From positions 32,001-96,000 of the forward strand of contig CAVQNG010000014.1 of the NCBI GenBank assembly GCA_963713825.1: DNA of 64,000 nt, read 5' to 3'. Position 1 is the first letter of the stretch. Each line of letters starts with the position of its first letter. Both the position numbers and the translations under genes were made by a program. Under the pieces are notes generated by a model. That model searched no databases. It had not been told where the DNA came from and saw nothing but the letters and a program-made list of their open reading frames with translations. Positions 10,465 through 19,457 of the stretch are shown here, piece by piece. Origin of the DNA: an uncultured Acidobacteriota bacterium. Its GTDB lineage: Bacteria; Acidobacteriota; Thermoanaerobaculia; Multivoradales; JAHEKO01.

Positions 10465-11895
10465 CTATCGAGTCGGCCCCGTCGGATCTTGATCCACCGG
10501 ATGACGGCGCCACCAGTAGTAAGCGGGTAGCCCCAGAGCGACTAGACCTAGACCGAGGAATGACTCGATCGGTTTCTCCATGAGTGTGTTGGCGATCAGA
10601 AGTACCGACGCCAGGATGAACAGTGCTGGAACCGCGGGGTAGCCCCAGACGCGGTAGGGCCTGGGAGCCTCTGGGAGCTTGCGTCGCAGGATGAACACAG
10701 CCCCAGTGGTTGCCGCGTGAAACAGGACCGCTGCGAAGACGACGTAGGTATAGAGCTGTTCGTAGGTACCCGACAGGGTGAGCACGATCGCCCACAGGCT
10801 CTGAGCCCACAGGCTCCGCCCTGGAGTGCGGAATTTGGGATGCACCTTGGCCAGGGACCGAAAGAAGACGCCGTCTCGAGCCATGGGCAGATAGATGCGC
10901 GGGCTGTACAAAATGGTGGCCGACAGACAGCCGAAGGTGGAGATCAAGACCCCGAGAGAGACCAGCTTGGCGGCGCCCGGCCCGAACAATACAGCTGCGG
11001 CGGTCTCGGCGATGCGGGGGGTTGCTGCCATGGCTTCCATCGACAGGGCCCGGAAGTAGACCAGATTGACCAGGCCATAGAGAGTCATGATGGCCACCGT
11101 GCCCCAGATGAGGCCGATGGGTAGGCTGCGCTCAGGGGTCTTCATCTCACCGGCCGAGAACGTCGGACCGTACCACCCGTCGTAGGTCCACAGGGCGGCG
11201 ATCATGCCGATGCCGAGAGCCGTGAGGAGACCGGTGGAGGCCACCGGTTGCACGAGGTGGTAGGAGGTCGTCGGTTCGACGGTCAAACCGAACGCTACCA
11301 GGAGCCCGATGGACCCGATGCGAATCACCGTCAGCAGATTCTGGACGACGGCACCCTCGCGAAGACCGATGTAGTTGACGGTGGTCAGGACCAGGATCGC
11401 CAGAGCGGCTGCGAGCTGACCGCCGGAGACCGACCAGGTCCAGCCAAGCAAAGGCAGCGACCAGAGCTTGTTGCCCATCGAGAAGAAAGGTACGAAGCTC
11501 CCGAGGTACTCGCCGAAGGCCACTGCGAGGGCGGCGATTCCTCCCGACAGAATAATGAGAAAGCAGGCCCATCCGAACAGGAAGCCCCAGAGCGGGCCGT
11601 AGGCTTCCTTGAGGAAGTGATACATCCCGCCAGCCCTGGGAAACATAGTGCCCAGCTCGGCGTAAGTCAGAGCTCCGGCGAGGGTCAGTAGCCCGCCCAG
11701 GATCCAGACCAGCAGAATGGTTCCCTGGCTCGGTAGGACTCGCGCCATGTCGGCGGTGGTAATGAAGATGCCGGTGCCGATCACCGAGCCGATGGTCAGC
11801 AGGGTCGTGTCCCAGGTTCCGAGACCGCGAACGAGCTCAGCCTGGGATCCGGATGACTTGTCTGGATTCGCCACGGCAGGAGCAAGCCTACGCAA
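10465..11895 (-). CDS. APC superfamily amino acid permease
   Basis: GSVIGTGIF, YAELGTMFPRAGG, W.YDGW, many TM helices, RPYRVWGYP. Start may be the GTG at 11874. Confidence 0.92.
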   Translation of the reverse strand: MRRLAPAVANPDKSSGSQAELVRGLGTWDTTLLTIGSVIGTGIFITTADMARVLPSQGTILLVWILGGLLTLAGALTYAELGTMFPRAGGMYHFLKEAYGPLWGFLFGWACFLIILSGGIAALAVAFGEYLGSFVPFFSMGNKLWSLPLLGWTWSVSGGQLAAALAILVLTTVNYIGLREGAVVQNLLTVIRIGSIGLLVAFGLTVEPTTSYHLVQPVASTGLLTALGIGMIAALWTYDGWYGPTFSAGEMKTPERSLPIGLIWGTVAIMTLYGLVNLVYFRALSMEAMAATPRIAETAAAVLFGPGAAKLVSLGVLISTFGCLSATILYSPRIYLPMARDGVFFRSLAKVHPKFRTPGRSLWAQSLWAIVLTLSGTYEQLYTYVVFAAVLFHAATTGAVFILRRKLPEAPRPYRVWGYPAVPALFILASVLLIANTLMEKPIESFLGLGLVALGLPAYYWWRRHPVDQDPTGPTR

Positions 11896-11986
11896 GACCG
11901 GGAGGCGAAGTAAACAAAGATCTTGAAAGGGATCCGAGCTATGATGCTGGAGGTTTCGGCGACAGAAAGGGGGGACACGAAACCTA

Positions 11987-13189
11987 ATGTCTCTCGACAG
12001 GCGACAAGTCCTTCAGCTGGGCCCTCTGGCGCTGGCTGGCCTGGCCGCGAAGGCGAGCGAAGGACCTCTCGCCGGTCGTGCACGGGCCCGAGATCTCGGC
12101 GTTCGAATCGGCCACCTCCAGCCCGGCCGATGGAATGCCATCACCGATGTTCCGGGTGTGCAGGTTGGGCACTCCACCATCATCGAGGGAAGCGGGCCGC
12201 TGATGGTGGGCGAGGGACCTGTGCGGACCGGAGTTACAGCCATCTGGCCGAACCGCAAGATTCTCGAGGAGTATCTGCCCTGCGGCTTCGATGTGCCCAA
12301 CGGGAACGGTGAGGTAACGGGCCTGATTCAGCTCGAATCACTCGGAATTATCGGTTCTCCGATCTGTCTCACCAATACCTCCAGCGTCGGCATGGTCTAC
12401 GACGCCCTACTGGAGAAGCTGCCCAGCGACGATTTGCCGCCGGTCGAGCCGGTCGTGGGGGAGACGTGGGACGCTGTCCTCAACGATATCGAAGGTAGGC
12501 ACGTTCACAAGGAGCACGTGTTGCAGGCCCTTGAAGATGCTGGTTCCGGCCCCGTGACGGAGGGCTGCGTCGGGGGCGGCACAGGGATGATCTGCTACCA
12601 GTTCAAAGGGGGGATGGGGACTGCTTCACGGAGGCTCCCACCACCCTTGGAATCGTTCACCGTTGGCGTCCTGGTGCAAGCGAATCACGGAGCCCGAGAG
12701 CTGCTGCGGATCGATGGCGTGCCTGTTGGGGAGGCGATCGACGATCTGCTGCCCGAGTCGGGGGCGGATTCCGAGTTGAATTCGATCCTGATGGTCGTCG
12801 CGACCGACGCTCCTCTGCTGGACTACCAGCTGAATAGACTCGCCCGACGTGCTGTGCACGGTCTGGCCAAGACTGGAAGCATCTCAGGCAACTCCAGCGG
12901 CGACTTCACCCTGGCCTTCAGCACCGCGAATCCGATTCCGCGTCGAGATTTCTGGAGGGGCGACCCCTACCCTCAGCAGAGCATCGATCAGGCAGACATC
13001 TATCCGCTGCTGGAGGCTGCGAGTGAAGCCACGGAGGAGGCGATCATCAATGCCCTCTTCATGGCGACGGATATGGTGGGTCGGGACGGAAACAGAGTCT
13101 ACGCCTTGCCCTTGGATCGAACCCTCGAGGTCATGAAGCGGCACCATCGCTTGTACTCTGCGAACGAGATGGGCGGTAGTGATGATTAA
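11987..13189 (+). CDS. P1/S58 (DmpA/BapA-like) Ntn aminopeptidase with Tat signal peptide
   Basis: LDRRQVL twin-arginine motif; NAITDVPGV.VGH, VRTGVTAI, G.VGGGTGM...FKGG.GTASR, N|SILMVVATDAPL, SGDF..AFST, ATEEAIINAL. Confidence 0.92.
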   Translation: MSLDRRQVLQLGPLALAGLAAKASEGPLAGRARARDLGVRIGHLQPGRWNAITDVPGVQVGHSTIIEGSGPLMVGEGPVRTGVTAIWPNRKILEEYLPCGFDVPNGNGEVTGLIQLESLGIIGSPICLTNTSSVGMVYDALLEKLPSDDLPPVEPVVGETWDAVLNDIEGRHVHKEHVLQALEDAGSGPVTEGCVGGGTGMICYQFKGGMGTASRRLPPPLESFTVGVLVQANHGARELLRIDGVPVGEAIDDLLPESGADSELNSILMVVATDAPLLDYQLNRLARRAVHGLAKTGSISGNSSGDFTLAFSTANPIPRRDFWRGDPYPQQSIDQADIYPLLEAASEATEEAIINALFMATDMVGRDGNRVYALPLDRTLEVMKRHHRLYSANEMGGSDD

Positions 13190-13778
13190 GCTCGTGGAGC
13201 TACCGTTCTGCTCCGTAGTCATGCTCGATGAGTGGAATGCGTCGCCCAGCCGGTACTTCGCGGCCTACCGCTGCCGCGGAGCCTATCGGTCCATGCTCGG
13301 GCATCCGGTGGTCGATGAGTTCGCGACGATCTCGGCTCCGATCTTCCTCGCACCCCGGTCTCTTCTCGGGAAGATCTACAACGCAGGAATCAGCCTGGGC
13401 CACAAACGAGATCCTGAAATGGGGATCGATCTGGGCTGGCCCCCACTTTGTCTCGGCCTGGACGAGCCAGCACCCGAGTTGCCATCGGATTGGGAAGCGC
13501 GGCTTCTAGAAGCCGTCCAGACGAATGGAGATGCGGTGCCAAGGCTTCGCCGCAAGGACCGTGACGGCCATGAGGTAGAGACTCTCCAGATTGGCGGCGC
13601 CACTATTGTTGCCACCTCGGCTCCGCTGCTACCGAAGCAGCTGAGCCATCTGTGTGAAGCGGCATCCAACTCCGTGGTTGTGACGGTCTCCCTGGGCAAC
13701 AGGCTCGAGCGGGTTCGCGGCGGCACGCTGCGGACGGTCGACGCTTTGTCGCAAGACAGGCTGGAGCTCCTTGTATAG
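13179..13778 (+). CDS. Short degenerate DmpA-like protein, probably catalytically inactive
   Basis: Start overlaps the upstream stop. LGHPVVDEFATISAPIFLA...GKIYNA and IVATSAPLLPKQL align by eye with segments of the upstream P1 peptidase. Confidence 0.6.
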   Translation: MMIKLVELPFCSVVMLDEWNASPSRYFAAYRCRGAYRSMLGHPVVDEFATISAPIFLAPRSLLGKIYNAGISLGHKRDPEMGIDLGWPPLCLGLDEPAPELPSDWEARLLEAVQTNGDAVPRLRRKDRDGHEVETLQIGGATIVATSAPLLPKQLSHLCEAASNSVVVTVSLGNRLERVRGGTLRTVDALSQDRLELLV

Positions 13779-13799
13779 CGTAGTCGAGGAGCTACTCCG

Positions 13800-15113
13800 T
13801 TGACCCCTCGCTACCCTGAAAGCAAGGTCTTTTATCGGCGCCTCGATCGCGAGTTCCGCCGCGTCGTGTCAGCCGAGGGCGCCACGCTCGTCGACGAGTC
13901 GGGCCGCCGCTACCTCGATGCATCCGGCGGTGCGATGGTGGCTAATGTGGGGCACGGAGTCGAGGAGCTCGCCGGCGCACTCGCGGAGGCAGCCCGGCTC
14001 GGTTTCGTGAGCGGTGCGCAGTTCACCCACCGGTACGTCGAAGATCTGGCTCAGGAACTGGCAGAGGTTCTGCCCGAGAACCTGCAGCACAGCTACTTCC
14101 TGGCCAGCGGATCCGAAGCAGTCGAGGCTGCTGTGAAGCTGGCGCGGCAGTATTGGGTGGAGAAGGGGAGAGAGCAGAAATGGAAGGTCATCAGCCGAGT
14201 CCCCTCCTACCACGGCAACACGCTGACGGCGCTGTCTCTCTCCGGCCGGGAACACTATCGAAAAATCTACGGCCCGCTGTTAACCGAGTTCCCGCGGATT
14301 CCCGCCCCCGATACCTACCGCCACCCGGAATCTGCCGCCTCGAGCGGTGAGATCTTGGAGGCTGCGATTCAGGAGAATGATCCAGAGACGATCGCTGCCT
14401 TCATCGCCGAGCCGATCATCGGGTCCTCGGCCGGGGCCATGGTGCCGCGCGAGGACTACTACGAGCGGACACAGGAGATCTGCCGCCGTCACGACGTGCT
14501 GTACATCGCCGACGAAGTGCTCTGTGGCATGGGGCGAACCGGACGATGGTTCGCTTTCGAGCATTTCGGAGTGGTTCCCGACATCCTGGTCCTGGGCAAG
14601 GGCCTCAATGGGGGGCTAGCGCCGCTGAGCGCCGTAGTGGCGAAGCAGGAAATCGTAGAGACGCTCGCCAAGACCAGCGGCTACTTCAATCATGCACAGA
14701 CCTATTCCCATACCCCGGTGATCTGCGCTGCGGGCCTGGCAACGATGCGCTTCTTGAAGCGGGAAAAGCTGGTGGAACGGTGCGCCGCCATGGAGAAGCC
14801 CTTCTTCGAACAACTTCAAGAGCTGCGGAGCTTCGAAGTCGTTGGCGACATCCGGGGCAAGGGCCTGCTGGCCGGAGTCGAGTTCGTGGCAGACCGGACG
14901 ACCAAGGAGCCAATGCCGCGGGCGCATCGATTTGCGGAGCGCTTCACTTCCCAGGCTTTCGACAACGGTCTCATCGTCTGGCCGAATGTCGGACACGTCG
15001 ACGGCACCCGTGGCGACCTGGTGATGCTGGCGCCACCCTTTACGGTGAGCGAACCGGAGCTGACTCGAATTGTGGAGCTCTTCAAGAAGACATTGATGGA
15101 GTTGAGCCAGTGA
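13800..15113 (+). CDS. Class III aminotransferase (YodT/BioA-like subgroup)
   Basis: YLDASGG, SGSEAVEAAVKLARQY, SYHGNT, DEVLCGMGRTG, LGKGL; TTG start with GAGGAG RBS. Confidence 0.9.
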   Translation: MTPRYPESKVFYRRLDREFRRVVSAEGATLVDESGRRYLDASGGAMVANVGHGVEELAGALAEAARLGFVSGAQFTHRYVEDLAQELAEVLPENLQHSYFLASGSEAVEAAVKLARQYWVEKGREQKWKVISRVPSYHGNTLTALSLSGREHYRKIYGPLLTEFPRIPAPDTYRHPESAASSGEILEAAIQENDPETIAAFIAEPIIGSSAGAMVPREDYYERTQEICRRHDVLYIADEVLCGMGRTGRWFAFEHFGVVPDILVLGKGLNGGLAPLSAVVAKQEIVETLAKTSGYFNHAQTYSHTPVICAAGLATMRFLKREKLVERCAAMEKPFFEQLQELRSFEVVGDIRGKGLLAGVEFVADRTTKEPMPRAHRFAERFTSQAFDNGLIVWPNVGHVDGTRGDLVMLAPPFTVSEPELTRIVELFKKTLMELSQ

Positions 15114-15173
15114 GAAGCGCGTTGACTCCATGCAGGAGGCTGTCAGCTGTCGCATCTCCAGAGAGGGTTCCCG

Positions 15174-17612
15174 ATGACTGACAGGCGAGCCTGCTTCAGG
15201 GCGAGTCTTCTGGCCCTCCTCTTTGCCGCACCGCTGGTGGGGCTCGACTTGTCTCGGGCCGAAGTCGCCAGGCTCGACAATGGGCTGACTCTCATCGTTC
15301 TCGAGGACCGGACCTTCCCTGTGGTGAGCGTTCAGGTGCTCTATCGGGTCGGGGCTCGGCACGAAGAAGTGGGAAAGACCGGAATGGCCCACTTCGTGGA
15401 GCACATGGCCTTTCGTGACACCAAGAACTTTCCGGATACGGAGGTGGTCAGTCGGATCTACGCGGTCGGAGGCGAGTGGCACGCCTACACCTGGTTGGAC
15501 CAGACAACCTACTTCGAGACGCTTCCTTCGCAGTATCTCGATCTAGCGTTGAGGATCGAGGCCGATCGTATGGCACGCCTCCTGATTCCTGCCGATCAAG
15601 TCGAAGCAGAACGAGGTGCGGTCCTGTCGGAGTTGCACGGTTACGAGAACGATCCGGCTTCGTTGCTTCACGATGCGGTGCTGATGGTCTCCTTCCTACA
15701 GCACCCGTATCGCAACAACACGATCGGTTGGGAGAGCGATGTCGAGAGTATCCAACACGCCGATATCTTGAGCTTCTATGAGCGCTTCTACCAGCCGGCC
15801 AACGCGATCCTGGTCGTGGTAGGTGATGTTTCGAGAACTGAGGTGGAGGCAAAGGTCGAAGAGCTCTTCGGTGGCCTGCCCGGTGGTCTGCGCGCGGAGC
15901 CGCCACCGACTGTCGAGCCTCGGCAAGCCGGAGTGCGGCGCCTCGTTCTCCAGGGGCCGGGCTCGAGTAATGAATTCAAGATTGCTTATCGAGCACCGTC
16001 GGCGACGAATCCAGACTACGTTCCCTTTCTTGTTTTGCAGGAGGTCTTGGCTGGCGGCTCTGGGGTCAACTTTTCGCAAAACGAGTGGGGCGATCCGGTC
16101 AGAGAAGAGAGTCGGATGGCAGGAGTCCACGATGGTCTCGTCAGTTGGTTCATCCCGACCGCGGCGCCCTATGTGTTCACTCTCGGCGGAACGGCCGACC
16201 CGTCGGCCTCCAGGGAGGAGATCGAGGCCCGTATCGAGGAAGCGGTGCAGGGTTTGCGAGAGCGACCCCCCAGCGAAGAGGAGCTGAAGAGGGCAAAGCG
16301 GTATTTGATTCGGGAGCTGATCTTCGATGTCGAGACGACGGAGGACGCAGCCCATCAGCTCGCTTTCTTCGAGGGCCTCGACTCGCTGGAAGTGCTCACG
16401 AGCCTGCCACCCAGAATTGAAGCGGTGACGGTGGAGGACATCCAGCGTGTGGCCCGAACCTGGCTGAGACCCGAGCAACGAACGATTGGCTGGTACATGG
16501 CGGGTACGCCACCGGAGATGCCCGATGAGCCCGATCGCGGACCGACGTTGGTGGCCCAGGAGGAGTCGCGCAGGGTTGTTCGCGAGGCGGGACCACTTTC
16601 CGATCCGAAGCTCGCGAAACTCTCGAACGGATTACCGGTACTGTTTCGACGCGTTCCGTTCTCGGCATCAGCTTTCCTGAGGGTACTTGTACCCACAACG
16701 GCCATCGACTTCACGGAGAACGCGAGCCGGGACTATCCATTCTGGCGTCAGACCTCGATTGATTTTAGATTCCAACCTGGCGAGCTGAACGAGGCTTTGC
16801 AACGGGCAGGCTCGATTCTGATGGCAGGACGGTCGAGCGAGAAGGCGAATCCAGCAGACACAAGTCGGGATCCTGGGACCCGCTTGAGGATTGCTCTGGA
16901 CGAGGCTCTAGGAGTCCAACCTTTGGCGTCGATGTTGGGAGCCACGGCGATCGTATTGGTAGGCGATCTCGACGAAGAAACGGCTTTGTCTCACCTCGAG
17001 ACGGTCTTTGGTGATGTTCCGGTTGCCGATCTTCCGGTTGCTCCGGTCCTCGAGTTGAAGGAGCGCGACAGTGTCGTGGAGCTGGATTTCGAAATCGCCC
17101 AAGCACAACTGGGATATGTGGTACCGGCGCCGCCACCCTCCGACCCGGAGTCGTGGGCATGGCGCGTCCTCCTGTATGTGCTCAGCCATGGCTACGAGGG
17201 GCGGTTGGGAAAGGAGGCGATTTCTCGGCAGGGGCTGGTCTACTACATCGATTCGAGCTACGACTCGGATGGGACCGGAGCTCGAGTCGCGATCCGGATC
17301 GGAGTCGATCCCGACAAGTTCGCGTCGATGCGAAGCCTGATGGTGGGCATGCTGCAAGGGCTGCGCTCGAATCCGCCGACGGAAGCCGAGGTCACCGAAG
17401 CGAAGCGATACCTGCTCGGTCGTCGACAAAGTGCGGCGCAAAGCAACGAAGAGATCTCGGCAGCCCTGCTGGGTGAGTGGATTGGGGAGGGCAGACTGCT
17501 GTCGACCGACGAGTTCGCCGCCGCCATCGGTGATGTGACGCGAGACTCGGTGCTGGAGATCATCCCGGAGTTCATCGCTGGCGGCGTTGTCGAAGTGCAC
17601 GGTCGGCCATAG
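15174..17612 (+). CDS. Secreted M16 (pitrilysin/insulinase) zinc peptidase
   Basis: Signal peptide, LDNGL, VG.R.E..G.TGMAHFVEHMAF (HxxEH), second LSNGL repeat. Confidence 0.9.
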   Translation: MTDRRACFRASLLALLFAAPLVGLDLSRAEVARLDNGLTLIVLEDRTFPVVSVQVLYRVGARHEEVGKTGMAHFVEHMAFRDTKNFPDTEVVSRIYAVGGEWHAYTWLDQTTYFETLPSQYLDLALRIEADRMARLLIPADQVEAERGAVLSELHGYENDPASLLHDAVLMVSFLQHPYRNNTIGWESDVESIQHADILSFYERFYQPANAILVVVGDVSRTEVEAKVEELFGGLPGGLRAEPPPTVEPRQAGVRRLVLQGPGSSNEFKIAYRAPSATNPDYVPFLVLQEVLAGGSGVNFSQNEWGDPVREESRMAGVHDGLVSWFIPTAAPYVFTLGGTADPSASREEIEARIEEAVQGLRERPPSEEELKRAKRYLIRELIFDVETTEDAAHQLAFFEGLDSLEVLTSLPPRIEAVTVEDIQRVARTWLRPEQRTIGWYMAGTPPEMPDEPDRGPTLVAQEESRRVVREAGPLSDPKLAKLSNGLPVLFRRVPFSASAFLRVLVPTTAIDFTENASRDYPFWRQTSIDFRFQPGELNEALQRAGSILMAGRSSEKANPADTSRDPGTRLRIALDEALGVQPLASMLGATAIVLVGDLDEETALSHLETVFGDVPVADLPVAPVLELKERDSVVELDFEIAQAQLGYVVPAPPPSDPESWAWRVLLYVLSHGYEGRLGKEAISRQGLVYYIDSSYDSDGTGARVAIRIGVDPDKFASMRSLMVGMLQGLRSNPPTEAEVTEAKRYLLGRRQSAAQSNEEISAALLGEWIGEGRLLSTDEFAAAIGDVTRDSVLEIIPEFIAGGVVEVHGRP

Positions 17613-17660
17613 CGGTAGGTCCACCCGAGTGCCGCGCAGAACGTTTAGGAGGTCGTCGCG

Positions 17661-19457
17661 ATGACATTTGTTTGGAGACCGAATTGGGTCATCTCACTGC
17701 GGCAGGCCGCGGGTTGCCTCCTGCTGGCGGCCTTGTCGTTGACGTGTGGAGCCAATCCGGATCCACCGGCCGCAGCTCCGGCTTCGCAGGCCAGCCAGAT
17801 CTTCACTGGAGGCAAGATCCTGTCGTTGGGTGGAGACGAGCCGGGTGCGACTGCCCTAGCAGTCGCAGGAGGACGGATCGTGGCCCTCGGAAGCGATCAG
17901 GAGATGGAGAGCTGGCGGGGGTCAGATACGGAAGTTATCGACCTGGAGGGCAAGGTTCTGGCTCCCTCCTTTGTCGACCATCATGTCCATCTCTTGAATA
18001 TCGGCATATCCCTGTTGTACGCGCAAGAGCCGCCCGCCAACTTCGTCGACGTCACTGCCTTTCCGACCCGCGAGGCCCTGGGTGAGGAGATCGGGAAGCG
18101 AGCCGCGGGTCTGGAGCCTGGAACCTGGATTGTCGGGAAGGGGTGGAGCCAGGGGGCCTGGGGGTCGCAGGAGTTGCCGAACCATGAGCTCTTGACCCGA
18201 TACGCCCCTGCTCACCCCGTCTATCTCACGCGGGTCGATGCCCATGCGGGTTGGCTGAACGCGTTGGGCCTGGAAATGGCGGAGATTGGGCCTTCCACAG
18301 CGGATCCCGTAGGTGGCGCACTGCGTCGTGAGGCGGACGGCACGCCGACGGGAGTGCTCTTGGAGCGTGCCAACGAGCTGGCGCTGCCTTTGATCCCAGA
18401 GCCTTCTGATCAGCAGATTCGCGCGGCCTTCCGGCTCGCAACTGAGGCCCTGGCCGCACAGGGTGTCACCGAGGTTTTCGATGCCGGATTTCTAGCGGTG
18501 CCGGGAATCGTGGATCTGCGACTCGACTTCGAGCGCTATCTCGACCTCTTGCTGGCGGAGGATCGAGAGTCACCGCTACCCCTGCGGATTCACCTCATGA
18601 TTCCAGCCCCGAGCCCCTTCTTCGAAGAGCTGGTGGGGGAGTCGTCGGCTTCTCGGCGGCTGTCGCCGCGCTTGGAGATCAGTCATGTGAAGCTGTGGGC
18701 CGACGGAGCGATGGGCAGCCGTGGTGCCCACCTGACACATCCTTTTCACGACGATCCGGACACCCGGGGCATCGAAAGAATGTCCGCCGATGAGCTTCGC
18801 AGCGAGGCGGTGCGGGCCCTGGATGCCGGTCTCGACGTGGCCAGTCATGCGATCGGCGATCAGGCCGTCGCCACGGTGCTGGAGGTCTACGAATCGATCC
18901 TGCAGGAAAGGCCGGAGCTCGAGCCCACCCGACTGCGCGTCGAGCACTTCTCCTATGCCAGAGAGGAGGATTTTCCGAAAGCTGCGGATCTGGGAGCTCT
19001 CCTTTCGATCCAGCCCAATTTCGTGGCACCGGGAGATGAGGGCGAGGCGATGGAAGACTCTAGGGTTGGAACCGAGAACAGCGCGCGAGTCTACGCCTGG
19101 GGGCGACTTTCGGAGCTGGGAGCTCGTCTGGCTTTCGGCTCAGACTACTTCACGACGCCGCTGCCACCGCTCGCCACGTTCTATTGTGCCGTGACCCGGC
19201 GAAATCTGAACGGACTGCCGGAGGAGGGCTGGCATCCCGCCGAGCGGCTCGATCGAAGGAAGGCACTGGAGACCATGACTCGCGTGTGGCCTGGCGGAGG
19301 ACAGGTGGCCAGCAGGGCAGGTCTGACGGTCGGAGCCCGAGCGGACTTCGTCGTGCTCGAGGCGGATCCTCTGCAGGTCGAGCTGTCCGCGTTGCTGGAG
19401 ATCGCGGTCTCGGGAACCTATCTGGAGGGTGACTCGACCTATTCGGGTGCTGACTGA
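17661..19457 (+). CDS. Amidohydrolase family 3 (YtcJ-like), probable lipoprotein
   Basis: Lipobox-like LSLTC; FVDHHVH, RVDAH, K..ADGAMGSRGA, HAIGD, RVEH, GSD. Confidence 0.9.
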   Translation: MTFVWRPNWVISLRQAAGCLLLAALSLTCGANPDPPAAAPASQASQIFTGGKILSLGGDEPGATALAVAGGRIVALGSDQEMESWRGSDTEVIDLEGKVLAPSFVDHHVHLLNIGISLLYAQEPPANFVDVTAFPTREALGEEIGKRAAGLEPGTWIVGKGWSQGAWGSQELPNHELLTRYAPAHPVYLTRVDAHAGWLNALGLEMAEIGPSTADPVGGALRREADGTPTGVLLERANELALPLIPEPSDQQIRAAFRLATEALAAQGVTEVFDAGFLAVPGIVDLRLDFERYLDLLLAEDRESPLPLRIHLMIPAPSPFFEELVGESSASRRLSPRLEISHVKLWADGAMGSRGAHLTHPFHDDPDTRGIERMSADELRSEAVRALDAGLDVASHAIGDQAVATVLEVYESILQERPELEPTRLRVEHFSYAREEDFPKAADLGALLSIQPNFVAPGDEGEAMEDSRVGTENSARVYAWGRLSELGARLAFGSDYFTTPLPPLATFYCAVTRRNLNGLPEEGWHPAERLDRRKALETMTRVWPGGGQVASRAGLTVGARADFVVLEADPLQVELSALLEIAVSGTYLEGDSTYSGAD

